64,000 nucleotides of DNA from Octopus bimaculoides (GCF_001194135.2 NC_068995.1:54070846-54134845), one strand, 5' to 3'; numbered from the stretch's first letter, positions 24,605-39,065 are shown. The notes: generated by a model not told the origin, from the sequence alone. Translations and numbers: made by a program.

Positions 24605-24987
24605 CTATGTTATTTAATCCTAATGCGCAGAAAGACAATGAACAATTCATATGGAAATAAAATATAAGTTAGGAAATTTATATTCGGTTCATGACAAGAT
24701 TAAATCTAGCTAGACAAAGATCAAAATATATTGGCACCAATTTTAGCTTTGCAGCACAAGCATCGACTCACTGCTACGCAATTCTTGTATTAAATAAATA
24801 TATATATATATACACCTACATACCTGGAAACACGCATAAGCAGAAATCACAAACACACACACTTACACCCACCCACACACATACAAGTATATGAATATTT
24901 CACATAAACATTCATGCCAGTGTCTATGTTTATGTGCCTTTGTGTATATATCTTCTGTATATTGGTAATTCTTTCATTTTAACCTTC

Positions 24988-25043
24988 ATCTCTCTCTGAT
25001 TCCCTCGTCCTCTCTATCTCTCTCTGATTCCCTCGTCCTCTCT
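24988..25043. repeat. 28-bp tandem duplication
   Basis: atctctctctgattccctcgtcctctct x2. Confidence 0.9.
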
Positions 25044-25215
25044 ATCTCTCTATCTCTCCATAGGTATATGTATGTATGTATATATGGGTGGTTGATCATG
25101 TTTGCGCGTGAATTCTTCTAGACGTTTCATTGCATTCGGTTATACATGGACATTTTCATTTTGGTGCTTTTCATTGTTGAATTTCTTTCATTTAAAAATT
25201 ATGAAAGTTCCTGAA

Positions 25216-25428
25216 GGCCGTGAGCTGGTCGAATCATTAGCACGCCGAGAAAACCGATTAACGGTATTTCGTTCGTCTTTACGTTCTGAGTTCAAATTCC
25301 GTAGAATTCGAATTTGCCTTTCATACTTTCGGGATCAATGGAATAAATACCAGTTGAACATTAGAGTCAGTTTCATAGACTTACCTTCACCGAAATTGAT
25401 GGCTTTGCGCCAATATTTGAAATCAAAT
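25216..25428 (+). mobile_element. SINE family B, full-length diverged copy
   Basis: ggccgtgagctggtcgaatcattagcacgccg...ttacgttctgagttcaaattccg...tttgcctttcatactttcgggatcaat...ggctttgcgccaatatttgaaa. Confidence 0.85.
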
Positions 25429-28400
25429 TTATGAAAGTACCTCAAAATATCATTTCCGGTGGAAAGGGTGCTGTTCTAAGTAAATCCCGATGGTATGAAC
25501 AGGTTGTCCATTGCACTGTGTTGATCGTTAAGGATTAAATTAACAATAAAGCACTTAAATTCTCTTCTACTTAAAAGGGAAGTTAAATCTACTCCGATTG
25601 ACCTTGGTACTCGAACATATCGCTGTTTATCGGGGTTCGAAACTGCTCAATTACATGTCGCTTCATTTCTTATAAGTATCGCCTCTTTTCTTCAACGATT
25701 TCTCAAAACATGTTCAGGCGTCGATATCTGAAAAGCATAACAATAACCTCACCTTCATTATTTGTCTATTGAAGTAGCATTTCTGAAGAATTCAAGAAAT
25801 TAATGACATTCTGTGACTAGTTATAAGCTTCTTAGTCTTCATCTAAGAGTACCACTTAGAAGCTGAGATACGTCTTGGACTCTCCAGATAAGTTGTTAGA
25901 CAATCAATACTTTTAGGCAATGATATTTATTGTGATTCCATTTTTCTCATTGCAGCTTCCTTGAAATACTTCAACGATAATGGTAACATAAAGGCTGCAG
26001 TGTCTTCGGATAATGCACCATTAATTAATTGAAGCACATTGAACGTCCATGCTGCCTTTAATCTAATGTCGTACGAAAAAGTATATTTTCTGAAGTATCT
26101 GCAATGAAGAAACCGTATTTTGTAAGACACGGGATGTACTGTGACACTATTTGCAATAGTAGTTTGAATTCTGTAGCATAAAGTATTATTCTACCCAAAA
26201 TGCACTCTTATATCCTGTGATATGCAGTTGTTTGTTGAGTGCATTCAGAAAAGTATACAAGAATAACGGTCCTTCATTAGCGATGATAAATATGAAACTG
26301 TAGAGAATATGGCACCATAATGTAGCCGCTTGTTTCATTAAGCGAAACCGGTAATTAGACGACGTTAAGAGAGTGGAAGCTTGTCCTATATAAGCTGCAT
26401 TGGATGCGTGGTGTCTACATGTTTCAGGGTATAAGTCATGATATCAAATAAAACTATTTTAATGCTTCAGAAACATCCGCATTAAAAACATTTACTGTCC
26501 ATATTGCTTCAGATGTTGCCTTATATCACTTCTGATCTTGTTTAATGCCATTCTTCCCTTCTGTCTTAGCACGTCTCAAGGTTATGCAGATTAAAGGAAA
26601 AGAAAGAAACAAACAAACAAAAACAATTTTTAATTAAATCCGCAGTAGAAAAGACAGAAACACTGCTGTCTATTTTTGAATGTTGAAAATTACGGAGATA
26701 ATATCCACGTTAGATTCGGCGTTTAATAGACGACAATGTCTTGATTAAAGCACCAGTGTCAAGCATTCATGATGTTTTAAACTTTAACGTTCAGTTGGAA
26801 AACAGAATAAAGATTTTATCACCATCACTGATTTGCGGCTATCACGGCCAGGATAGGCATCTATTTAACCAATATGTCTGCAAACTTCCAAACAGCTAAT
26901 ACGTGCATACTCAAGCACATACCCGTATATATCATCTACTGTCAACATATGCCCTTTACAGCAGTAAATGATATCCATCATCAAATTCACATCATATATG
27001 TAACCTAAACATGGATTACACTAGAATTCTTTCATGAATATTGTCACGGACCTTCTAAGTGCATCTTCAAATTTACCAACTTTGTCGCGCAGTTACCGTA
27101 TTCGCTGCCTTACATTATTTGTACGTTACGAATTTCTACCTACCAAATCTCCGTAATATATTTTGTTATAACGTTCCCCAAAATATATTTTACTTAGTTG
27201 TAACTTTAAATGCTGATGATACAAGCTACAGCAGTAATGTAGTCTATGGTAAAAGTACTAAAGTAAAATTTTGGCATAAATCACCGATTACAGCTAGCAG
27301 ACAGAGAAAAATGTCAATAATTAAACATTGTAACACCAAAATTCCAAGAAATATATCTTTCCGTCTCGTGGCATAAAATAATTTCTAAACCAATGCGCAA
27401 ATACAGATTTTGCTATCCAGCTTTTCCTATTGACTTTCCAATAAACTGGTCGAGAATCCTTGCAGAACCCGTTATGAGAATGCGGGGTTTCCGATCGATA
27501 GATTACCATGAGTATTAATTTTAAATCACCTAATAAAACTACGACTGAGAGAAATGTGCTTGACGATTATTAGCCAATTTTAAACTAGGCTGCAATTTTT
27601 ATTTCTTCGCCAAGTAAATTTTATTAGCCATTCGCTTCCAACACAATCCTGCTGTGACAGCATTTATAATTTGTTCGTCAACGCAACCACTATATTCAAT
27701 ATTTCTTTGCAATTCAACGGGATGTCTTGCTGCTGCAATGGTGATCACGCGTGCTCTTTCCTGACAGTTTTCACTTTATTGTTTCAAGTCGGTTTCTAAA
27801 CCCATGATATGATACAGAAATTTGAGAAAAAGCTTCTATCGTTTTCCCCCAGTCCTGGCTTTCTCACTTTACTTTCCATTCGAATAATGCGCAGTGACAT
27901 CTTTCGTTCATTTCAATTAATTCAGTCTTGTTTTTTCGTTGTATGGACTTATGATAAAGAATTATTTTGAATATGTTAAACGCTATTGTCCTTCGTCATT
28001 GGAGAGCAGCGTGTCCTTTACGAGGATCATGTTTTCATAATACTCTGGGTTCATTAGCATCAAGTATTCTAAGTCATCCAGCATATCAATATCTTTGAGT
28101 CGCATCAGCCAGAAGCAACGCTATACCAGTGAATGAAGCAACAGTTATCATTGGTATTAAGGAGCTCCTGATTAACAAGATACAACAATGTGGAAATAAT
28201 GGACGTCGTAAAATAACTTTTGCTAATGAATCCTGTGTTATTTCTAAACATTCATCTTAAAGGAGAAGAAACGCCACAATGATTACCAAAATCACGTTCG
28301 TATCTACTGGAATTAAGAATAAATATACAACCATTGTTTGGATTCTCGCGGTTTACCGTGGATGGAAGGATTCATGACTGAAAATTAATAGAATTTAATA

Positions 28401-31085
28401 CTTACCTTATAGTCCCAAGTAAATAAAAAGAAAAGATATTTCTTGAAATCAATGGGCCTCACACGAGTGATTTGTTTTTAAAACACTGAATAAGTACTGA
28501 GCAATAGCTCAACTTACACTTGTAATATCAAATATAAAAACAAATTTAATTTCCTGACTAAAGCCTTAAATAATACTTCACATTTCTCTCTCTGCAAATC
28601 GAAAGATATTTGACAAGCCAAATTTATCTGCAGTCATTTAACAAATTACCCTAATGTTCGCAGCAATAAAACGTTGAAAATGAAATAAATCAATAGAAAT
28701 CTAAGAATAACATTATTAGATTGATTTAAAATATACCGGCCTAATACTATTATACTGATCAATAGTGTAATAAATTGTTTTCTTGCGAGGAAGTGAAAAT
28801 GTTAACGTTTAGATCAGAACCCTTGAATATATAGCTATATTTTCTGATGACACCGAATGCATAGATGCCTATTTGAGCGACTTCCTATTTAATTTAATCC
28901 ATTCACTACCATCAATACCACCGGAACACATTTCTCCGTGATGAACTTTTCTGCAAAAATATTATCCCATTCCCCTTCTTAACGACAAATTTATTCCTTC
29001 CAATTTGTAAATGTTTATACGCCTCATGTCCGACACAGACCATCTTTAGTTTCCTTAGATTCCATTGTCTGCTCTGCTAATATTGTGCTCTTTGCTTTAG
29101 CTACTCATACATTGTAGTGATTGTTTAAGTTTAGTTATGAACAACGTGAGACATTTTCTGATTTAGTTTCGAAGTTATATCTCTAAATAATATATAGCGT
29201 AAATGCTAGTCGAGATTTAGACTAAACTACTGTCAGTAAAACTTGCAGTAAATTCTTTATTTTTCAATGATAGCTATAGCTTCCAGAAACATCATATTGT
29301 TACAAATGTGGTTATGTTCAAATTTTCATTTGCTGCACCATTTGCTTGGAGGAAGATTGAATATATTTCTTTATTTTTTCTTATTTAATGCATGAGTTTA
29401 GCATTAAAAAAATGAATTGAAAAGTTTAGAATGAGAATTTCTCGTATTTTATATTGTTTGTGCTAGTTTGAATCGAGGCTGTAATTCTAAACTCCAAATA
29501 TCATGTCTATTGAATACTTGTTATATTTTTTCGGCTTCAGATAGAGGAAAAGCTGCATTAAAATCGACTTGCATTGAAGTTGAATGAGTAAAATGATAAT
29601 CGTAGCTTATTCATAGTGTTAAAAATGGTGGAAGAAAACGGTTCTTTAAAAAGAGAGGCGAGATACATGCTTTTACATATTATAGTGAAAATGTATTTTC
29701 ACATCTGGACGTCAAAGCACATTTCAACGTATTTTGCCACTGAATCCAGCTAAAGTGGAATACTTTATCACGAGCAGTGTAGGAGCCTTGACAATGAGAA
29801 ATAGTAGCAGCATTCACTCAAATTCCATTTTGACCTCATAAAGCAAGGAGGACACATTTGAGATAATAGTGTTAGATTAACAAAGCGTGGTATTTCCAAC
29901 TGTGCAATGACTTCCGTCAGGCTTTCGAGTAATTAGGACCGACTTAGAGTTCAGCACCTCCAACAAATAAAATAGCAACAAAAACCCCTAGAGTAGATAA
30001 CAGAACTCTGACTGCCTCACTGCACTGGAAATTGGTATTTGTTCTTGAAACAAAGTTTCTGATTTGAAACAAAGCTATTTTCACTGAGAATGTCCCTTGA
30101 TGTATAAAACATACCTTCAAAAATATTTTATGATCCGACTTTCACATAAAAATCTTCTGGGTTATCGGAAAGGTACTGAATCATAAGATATAACAGCAGA
30201 TGTCCGGATCATTGTTATTCTACAAAATGCCTTGGATACGTGAGGAGAATTGGGCTGTTCCAAATTAAATCTAAATACTCTATAGATCCAATATTTCACT
30301 TCTTCAACTAAACTACCAATAAAACTGCAATGTGGTAAATCAAACCGCAAGAAATATAAAATAAAACACTCTTAAGAAATAGCCAAGCTGTACAGAGAAG
30401 ACAGCATTTGACTATGTGGTCTCCCTTTCACTTTACGTAGGACAAATGTGAGGATGGTCCTGGTTGGATTACCGTTGTTCGTAACACCTCTCAATGCAGT
30501 CAGACCTGAGCTTAAACAAAAACAACCACATTAATTTCAGTACCAGGTGGGGTACACATCATACACTCACGTGGTTAGTTACTATGTAAGTGGCACGGCG
30601 TGACCTGAAGGAAAATTTAGAGTTTTAGTGTTCTTAGCAGATATTTTTGTTACTTATTTTGAAATTAATAGTGTTGCAGCATTTTTGTCTGTTTTAATAC
30701 AAAAATTGATCTTCAATGTAGTTCTAAATTACTAATATAGATCGACCTCTAATCAACCCTAATTAAAGATACATATTCAAAGGTGCTCCAGTATTAACCA
30801 CACTGAATTTTGGAAATTTAGTTCTACATAGACTACGTATAATGTGTTCTTCCATTTTTAAGACGATAGGGAATGACCCGACTGAACTAACTGCTAATTC
30901 TTACTTATCAAGTGACCAATATAAAATTACCTTTCAGCCTGATACTTCACTGTGTGTTTAACGAACCTGAGAAATAACAACGAAAACAGTCTTAAATCAT
31001 TTATCTCCCAGTCTCTCTTTCTGTGTGAGTCTGCCTGTCTGTCTATCTATCTATCTATCTATATTAGGGTTGACAAAATGTAACA

Positions 31086-31300
31086 CAGAACATCGGAGGG
31101 AGTCGTTCTTAAGACATTGAAAAGATTAGAAAAGGTATGACAAAGGCCCTTTGCAGGAATTATATGGAGGCTTCAGGAAGTGGCGGGAGCACACAACAAG
31201 TGCATTGTAGTCAGAAGGTCATACTTTGAATGACATTTGAGTTTGTTGATATTAAGAAATGTCTTTCTTGGAAAAGTCTCAAAACCACTGGAATACACAC
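31086..31300 (+). mobile_element. Tc1/mariner (mariner-type) transposase C-terminal remnant and 3' end
   Basis: Frameshifted translation QNIGGSRS*DIEKIRKGMTKAL / QELYGGFRKWREH / NKCIVVRRSYFE*. This matches the mariner C-terminal pattern L.G.RF.DIE.I...T..L....F..W..R..KCI...G.YFE and is followed by a TIR-like aagtctcaaaacc...gaatacacac. Confidence 0.7.
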
Positions 31301-32366
31301 TGCACATCATCTGCAAAATGTATCAGAATTATGTCGTGTAGATGAGGGAGGTTGATTTTAAGTGGTCGCTCGGTTTGTTGGAGTATCAATGGAATTTGGG
31401 TCCTGGGTGTGGAGTAATTTTTGCTGCCTTGAAAAGTAGAATACATTACAGAATGCAATCCTAGAAGCAGAAGAATATGGATTGGTCATAACTGTTGGAA
31501 CACCATTGATTAGAATTCTACTTAATCAGAACTGAAACGAGGTTAACTACAACAGCAGTTTAGTGTTATATTGAGCATCTATTGTATTATTACAAAAGAC
31601 AGAAAATGTCATAACATTACAAAGCAAAAACAAAGATGTTCGTCTAATAAATACTAAATGCCACAACTTCCCTCTGATCACGCCGCGCCAGTAATATAAT
31701 TAAAAAATCATACTATGAGCAGAAGCAGAATGAATGCCGGAATAGATGTTTTCACATTACATAATATTCTTACATTTCTCCGTCTCATTCCTAACACAAA
31801 TTTGCCACAGATTTTTTCCGATATCGGTAAATCAAATAAGTGTAGTAAATAATAATAAATTGCAATATAAAATATAGAATTCAAATTAGTCGTGTTACTG
31901 GTCCATAGAATCTATATTAGAAATATAATTCAGTTTGGAGTATATTGTATCGATATCTTGGTCAATTATCGACCAAATCGCTTGTCTATTATTATTGACA
32001 CCTATCATGTGTGATCTCCTTTACATATAAATATTGATTTATAACACTGGTGCAACACCCCAAATTTCTGAAGAAATTATGGATTATCAAATCGATCCCT
32101 TTACTTGACTGATACTTTATTTATCGACAGAAGAAGATGCAAAGGACTTTGGCTTTGGAAAAATGTATCTTCAGAATATAATGAAATGAAATTCTCCCCA
32201 TGTCCACAGATTTTCTCTGAGTGCTGTCTGTTATCATTTAAAGGACTCAGGAAAGTAAGTATTTAGTGCTTCTTCAATTTTGTGCGTGTGAGGAGAACAG
32301 GAGGACAAAGTGGATAATTTTAGTTTCTCATGTAGACATAAGTCTAATTTTGAGAAGAGGGTTTTC

Positions 32367-32640
32367 TCAATGTCATCGACCCGGGCACCTGACTGGTATT
32401 TTCTTTTATTGACCTCAAATGAAAGTCGGAGCTGACATCAACGTGATTTGAAATCAGAACATAAAGAGTTGAAATAGATATCGGGAATGCATTTTACAGA
32501 TGCTCTAATGATTCTTCCAACTTGCCCAACGTGATAATAATCCTTTCTACTCTAGGCACAAGGCCTAATATTTTGGGGGAGAGGACCAGTCGATTACACC
32601 CACCCCAGTAACTGGTACTTTATTTATCGACCTCGAAAGG
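32367..32640 (-). mobile_element. Two adjacent SINE family B copies (32367-32528 degraded; 32544-32640 3' part)
   Basis: atcgacccggg...actggtatttt...gatttgaaatcagaac, and ctttctactctaggcacaaggcc...actggtactttatttatcgacctcgaaagg. Confidence 0.75.
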
Positions 32641-32747
32641 GTGATTTGAGGTGGACGTATGAAGTATAAAAATAATTATTATGAATCGTTATATAGATTC
32701 AAAGTCCTACCGATATGGCTTTGAATCTATATAATGATATTCTTTTA

Positions 32748-32815
32748 TTATTTTATTTGTTTCAGTTATTTGACTGCGGCCATGCTGGAGCACCGCCTTT
32801 AATCGAACAAATTCC
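32748..32815 (-). mobile_element. SINE family A 3' tail
   Basis: ttttatttgtttcagttatttgactgcggccatgctggagcaccgcctttaatcgaacaaat is the reverse complement of the tail seen at 47100-47160. Confidence 0.8.
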
Positions 32816-34089
32816 ACGTATAATTGTAGATCGAGCAAAACACTTCCGACAAATATGGCCCCGAAATCCCAATTTTTTTAGTTCAATTCCTTATATTCCT
32901 GAAGCCTAGAACTCAAACAATGACTGAATACTCTTCCGTTATCAACACGAAACAATAATTTCAAAATGTTCATATACAAAAAGCAATAAACGTTTTCATG
33001 CGAAAACACCTTAACCATACAAACATAGGTATAAACACTCATATACCAGACGACAGGCATACACATATCACACAAGCAATACAGAGACTCGTTCAGAAAA
33101 CTAATGTCTAATAGTGAACACATCAAAGCTCAATCGGGTACGCACAAAAACAAGCACTCATAAATACAAAGGAAAACACACTCGCTCGTATTAACACAAA
33201 GCTTGTAGAGATTAACAAAAACACTGATATATACACCTGAGTATATATCAATTTTTTTTTTAAAGAAACTAAGTCCTATTTTCGCGTGAGATTAAAATGA
33301 AAATGATAAATCGAAACTGCAGTAGGGAAATGCATTTACATCATGCGTATACTATGTATGTATCATATCGTTTGATGTTATATATAAAAAAAAGATATAT
33401 GAATGTTTCTCGGTAAGGTTTCATTCCGGAGTATATTTTTCTATTTTTTTCCATAATGCGGATTTGTTCTCATATATTTTGTATTTTAATTTTGTTCCTC
33501 TTTTCACAGTAATTTCTTTTGTGTTTTACTTTTAACTGTACTACATTAAATTAAAATACAGCCATGCATATATATCGTGACAGTGATCATCATCGTTTCA
33601 CATGTGTTACGCATATGCATGTTATTTATATCATGCACTCACACACACACACGTTCATATATAGTTGTATGCACGTATGAAAGCATGTATCTATCTATCA
33701 ATATATATATATATATATATATAAACATACGTATATACACACACATATACATACCGACAGGCACACAAATAATACAACCACCCACTCACACACATACATA
33801 TATATGTATATATATTTATATACATTTTCATACACAAACACGTGTATGTGTATGTCAGTTTTTATATATCTTACTTCTTAAAATTAGCTAAAGGATGTTT
33901 TTAAATCTAATTAAGTTAACGCCCACAAAGAGAGGCAGTTGGAACAAAAGGAGTTAATACAATTTTCTATGAATGCAGGTATGTGAAAGAAAGAAATGGG
34001 AGAAGATAAAGCCCTAAACTTGAAGAGGCGATAGAAGTTTAAGAACATTCAGGATTTGATAGTATGGCATCAATGAATCGGGTTTCTAA

Positions 34090-34545
34090 TACAGCAAGTG
34101 ATCAGTTTTAGAACTAATGGCTATGAGATAAGAAAAACACGGAGGGGAAAGCAAGGAAATAGGTGAGAGAAGCAGGAACGGGACAGGGAAGAGGGGGAGA
34201 GAAAGAAGCAGTGGAAGACCACGACGAATTGGAGGAAAAAGACAAACGAGATTGAAGATAAGATGGAATAGGAATTCGTAGAAAGAGCTGATGACGACGA
34301 AGAAGAAGGGGAAAAGAAGTAGAGAAAACAGAACAACATGAAGAAAAGAAGGAATAGAGAAAAAGACGAAGAAGAAGAAATAGAAGAAGAAAAAGAAGAA
34401 GAAAAGTAGTGGAAGAAGAAAACAGATGCACGAGAAAGAGAGGAGTACCACAAGAAAATAAGTATAAGACCAAGATGAAGGTTAAAAAAAGATGAAAGAG
34501 TAAGCTATTTAAGGGAATGTGTAAAAGTAATATGAGGAAGAGAAA
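34090..34545. repeat. Purine-rich (GA/GAA) low-complexity tract
   Basis: Strong strand asymmetry with degenerate GAA/GGA/AGA units. The ORFs here are F/L/S-rich artefacts. Confidence 0.85.
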
Positions 34546-35259
34546 TTGCACTCCACCATCTTAAATCTACAAGATGGCGCCTTAATACTTTACTAAACAA
34601 CTACACTACCTCTAGGTGGTCCTTCCATACTGCAACGAATAATTTGTATTTATCCAGCATTTCTCTATGTCTTATAATCTAACTTTTGTCCACTTTCACA
34701 CCTTAATTACCGTCGACGTTTATTGTATTCTAAACATGTCATTACCTTTTTGCTGCTACTGTATAATTTACCTTGATGTCATTCTGCATCTCAATAAATT
34801 GGCTCCATTGGTTATTGAACTAGTATTTTATTTCAGGACACAACCCTTTTACCTGTGTTTATATAAATAGTATTATTCTCTAACTCTGTGCTTTCCACCA
34901 ATTTTCGATCAAATCCCCTGCGAGTGAACTTCGAAATCCATTGATAAAAATATAACAATTTAACTGAGTTATCTCTGGCCTGATGAATACCTACTGATGT
35001 ACCCCTCGTTAAGTAATTATTACTTCCGAGGCTCTGTTTGGTGGGAAACATGTTACCTGGATTTTACAACATTTTATCCCTGAATTTGGATGTGTGTGTG
35101 TGTACATGCATATATGATTGTCACAATTCAGATTTCTTTCAAGATTTCTTAACAATGGAGAAAGGGTCGTTTTCTAACCTAAGATCCAAGGCTTCTTCAT
35201 TGGAATTTAAACATCAACAGGGTATTTTATATATGTATGTATGTTCATATATATGTGCT

Positions 35260-35293
<34 letters not shown>

Positions 35294-35315
35294 NNNNNNN
35301 NNNNNNNNNNNNNNN

Positions 35316-35364
<49 letters not shown>

Positions 35365-35394
35365 ATGTGTGTGTATGTGTGTGTGTGTGTATTC

Positions 35395-35427
<33 letters not shown>

Positions 35428-35594
35428 TACACGTGGGCTCGAAACAGCGTCCCGTTTAATCGATGTAGAGAAGAGGAGAGAAAGAGCAGGAGATGCAGTA
35501 AATGAGGTTGCTAGAAGTGCAGGTAAAGGAGCTAGTGATATAATAGGGTCGATGATGGGAGTCTTTGAGGATGGTAGTATGGCAGATGTATACA

Positions 35595-35641
<47 letters not shown>

Positions 35642-35898
35642 GGAGGGGTGATACTATCGTACATTACTTTTACCGTTTACATGTTATATGCATTATATTA
35701 CAGCTATGCTTCATCACCAACCTGAAGGTTTTTAGTCTCACAAATCATTTTTTTTAGTCTCCTATTTACTGAATCGATTTCTTTAGCCCAACCGGTAATT
35801 TAAATCTGCGTAAATAAACCAATTCTAGTTGTCATGCGGTTGTGGCGCGGTGTAACATATACAGATGCACGCACACATATGTATATCCGAAGGACATC

Positions 35899-36054
35899 TT
35901 CGGAATTCCCTTCTATCAAATTCACTCACCAAGCATTAGTCAGCTCTGGGTTATCGTGGAACACGTTTGCCTTGGGTGCTGCGCAGTGTGACTGAATCTG
36001 ATGTCTCGTGGTTGCGAAGCGAACCTTTTACCCACAAATCATATCTGCGCCTAT
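35899..36054 (-). mobile_element. SINE family A, degraded 5' part
   Basis: ttcggaattcccttctatcaaattcactcaccaagcattagtcagc...gccttgggtgctgcgcagtgtgactgaatc...gtggttg...tgcgcctat. Confidence 0.75.
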
Positions 36055-37281
36055 ATTCACTGCAGATAACGACTGAGCGAATTTACCAAATTATCTTTTG
36101 TGAAAATTACTCTTAACTTTCAAACCTGCAACTAACATTTGTACAAGTTCCAACCACAAACCTATTGATCAACGACAAGAACATCATTTATATAACACGT
36201 CGTTTACACAAGAGGTTAGTCTCTTTATCTTTTTCCTCCACTTTTTATCTGTTCTTCTCCTCTTCTAAATTTCTCTTTTTACATAACTTTTTCCCTTTCG
36301 TATACAACTCTGCCTCTAGCTCTCATTTTAGCACAATTCTTTTATGTGATGTGTCGCTGAGGCATTCATCATGGCGAATACACTCATAGTTGAAGGCATT
36401 CACGTAAAATAGACTCGAACATGAAAACGAAAATTTGGATGTGAATATATTCGAACTGTGATGTAGTTTCCTCCATCCTCTAAATTAATCGAATTTTATT
36501 CTCTGTTCGATGTTGTCTGAAAATGCGTGTTGCATATTCGTTATACCAGAAGATATACACGCACGGGATGTTACTCATCCCTCTCCCAGTCACTCCTACA
36601 CGCGCACAAACACACATACATACGAGCATATGGTCGTGTCTGTGTGTGTGATCGTTTGCAAATACAATCAGGCATACATAGTGGCAGATAAATAAAGATA
36701 ACGTAGAGGGAGAAGATTAACAGTAGTAGAGAGAGCGGTAGATGGCGGGTGGCGATTAGTAATACCGTAAGACAATCAGTTGAAATAAGTGAAAGACAAA
36801 GCTCCATATTGTATTGATTAACTACTCTTGAAATATATATATTGCGTTGAAAGTTAGTGAAAGGCTTGCTAGATAAGGAGATATTTTAACTTAAATTATG
36901 TATCTCGGTCGTTAAGCAGAGAACCTCGTCCATAAACTTATCCGAAATATATTTATCATGTTAACATGAAATTCCCCAAGGTCAGCGTTGAAATATATCG
37001 CTAATATTAACGAATGACTTATTCCCTGCAGGTTTTCATCCTTTTACGCCTGATATTTCCTTCATTATGAGAATTTCAGATTACTAATAGGGTTATTTTA
37101 TTTCATTTTTTATTTTTATTTCGCTGTATACTGTGTATTAAATTCATAACGGATACTCAGTGGGACAAAAATTGTTCAATTGCTGCATTAAACAAAAACA
37201 AATGATGCTGCCCAATGTCACGAAGAATATCTATGGCCCAACTCTATGCATTTAAAATACTACACTTAAAGAAACGAAGCG

Positions 37282-37285
<4 letters not shown>

Positions 37286-37369
<84 letters not shown>

Positions 37370-37549
37370 CATGTATGCATGTATGTATAACCTATCTAAC
37401 TGTAATATTTGGGATATTACATTCTGCATCAAACGAGAAATATTTTGATTTCAAATTTTCACACAGACATAGAGAAACACAGTGACTTATCAGGCTTTAG
37501 TATCACATATTACATTACAAATATCTATCTATCTATCTATCTATCTATA

Positions 37550-37585
<36 letters not shown>

Positions 37586-37617
37586 CATCGATCATTCCAT
37601 CCATCCATCCATCCATC
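37286..37617. repeat. (TG)n, (TCTA)n and (TCCA)n microsatellites
   Basis: Read directly. Confidence 0.92.
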
Positions 37618-37632
37618 AATCCTTCTATCCAC

Positions 37633-37875
37633 ATGTGTGGACATGTAGCGGGCATGATCAACTTCAGACTTCCCAAAGAAAACTTCCATGGTTGACCAAA
37701 AATGAGATACAAAGACATACTCAAGTCAACCTTGAAACTGTATATCTTAGAGGAGTTTATTTGTGAAGATCTTGTTCGAGATCGTTCACTGTGGCGTAGT
37801 GCTGTGTGCTCTGGCCTATCACACTCTGAATCCAATATGAACAAAGAAGCAAGTGAGTGGATGACAGCATGGTAG
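37633..37875 (+). mobile_element. RTE-clade LINE ORF C-terminal remnant
   Basis: A single frame reads MCGHVAGMINFRLPKENFHG*PKMRYKDILKSTLKLYILEEFICEDLVRDRSLWRSAVCSGLSHSESN. This matches the RTE/BovB terminal motifs GHV.RM...RLPK, GRP..RYKD.LK..LK and E.L..DRS.WR. Confidence 0.82.
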
Positions 37876-38064
37876 GTTTACGCTGCTTATCCGTGTCCCC
37901 CGTTGTAACTGCTGATTTCCTCACACAATTAGCCTAAAAGTCGCCCCAGGGTCTACAAAGAGTAAAGCTGCTAATCAGAGCCTCTTCAGGTAATTGAAGG
38001 ACGACCCCAATAACATATTATAGCTGAAACAGTTGTGAAGGTCAACAAAAGTTCAAAATATGTT

Positions 38065-38200
38065 GCAGGCATTGCACGTGAAGCAAAATGCTTAACATGA
38101 TTTCGTCCGCCTTTACAGTCTGTCTTCAAATTCCACCGATGTGGTCAATGTAATCGACTAACCCCATTCCTCGAGAATTCTTGCATTGCATCAACATCTG
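38065..38200 (+). mobile_element. SINE family B, degraded and internally deleted copy
   Basis: gcaaaatgcttaacatgatttcgtccgcctttac...ttcaaattccaccgatg..ggtcaatgtaatcgactaacccc. Confidence 0.7.
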
Positions 38201-39065
38201 AAAAGAATATAAGGAAGTGGAGATTGATTTAATAGTGGAAGCAAGGCATGGCAACTAGTTAGTTTCAATTACAGTTTCTACCAGTCTTCGTTGATAAAAT
38301 AAATATATGCACCGTTGCAGTCTTTACAGCATTTAACAGGTGTATTTTGCCGTTCGATAGTGGCCGTTAGAGGTGTTTAAAAGTTTTACATCACATCATG
38401 AGAAGAATTGACAAACTTACTTTGTTTCAAATATTCTTTGCATTTGTCATCACGAATAGAGAAATGGGTAAATATATTCATCATTACTGCGCTTACAGTA
38501 TTTAAACTGTGTATTTTGCTGTGGAAGTGCTTATCAGTTTTTTTAAGGTTGTTATTGTATCGGCTGCGCTTTACAGCTTTTGGTGTATTAACTTGTTAAA
38601 ATTTCAACTGTTGAACTGTAATGGTTAATTTCTAAGTCGAATTCAATTCTGGATTTTGAATTTTAAGTGCTACGGGAATACAAATACAGACTGAAGTACT
38701 TCAAAGATTTTCTTGGTGACAAAAGAGAATAAGCCTTTGCACGTTCATTTAGCTAGAAGAATATGTAAATTCATAGAAAATAGAAGATTTTGAATATGTA
38801 AGGTGATAATTTTAGCTCGATATCCTGAGGTGTGTAAGAATTTTTGTATTGAAAGAAAGTGAATTAGGTTGTGTGTTCTAGTTGTCAGAAAGAAAATATA
38901 CTCTCAGAAAATTATAGATCTTTAAGGTTTGAAGATTATTATTAAAAGACTATTTCTGTTGGCCTCACTGAAACTGCGAAGAATACATCTAGTTACTCTT
39001 GGTGAACTCCCAACCATTGGTACGTCAGAAAAAGTGCTTAATGTCCTTTTTAGGCATGTTTTGTT

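Noticed and set aside
32244-32254. Possible 11-nt microexon aag|gactcaggaaa|gtaagt
   Set aside because: The donor is perfect but the acceptor is weak, the length is not a multiple of 3, and no host gene is identified; such sites are expected by chance in 64 kb.
34086-34551. Three overlapping F/L/S-rich ORFs
   Set aside because: They are artefacts of a GA-rich low-complexity tract.
34975-35060. CTGATGA...GAAACATGTT hammerhead-like words
   Set aside because: The core words and a palindromic ACATGT are present, but stem II does not pair adjacent to the core and stem I (tctggc/acctgg) is not complementary.
35430-35610. Protein-looking stretch RRERAGDAVNEVARSAGKGASDIIGSMMGVFEDGSMADVYTK
   Set aside because: It is a purine-rich segment between microsatellites with no acceptor site and no recognisable homology.
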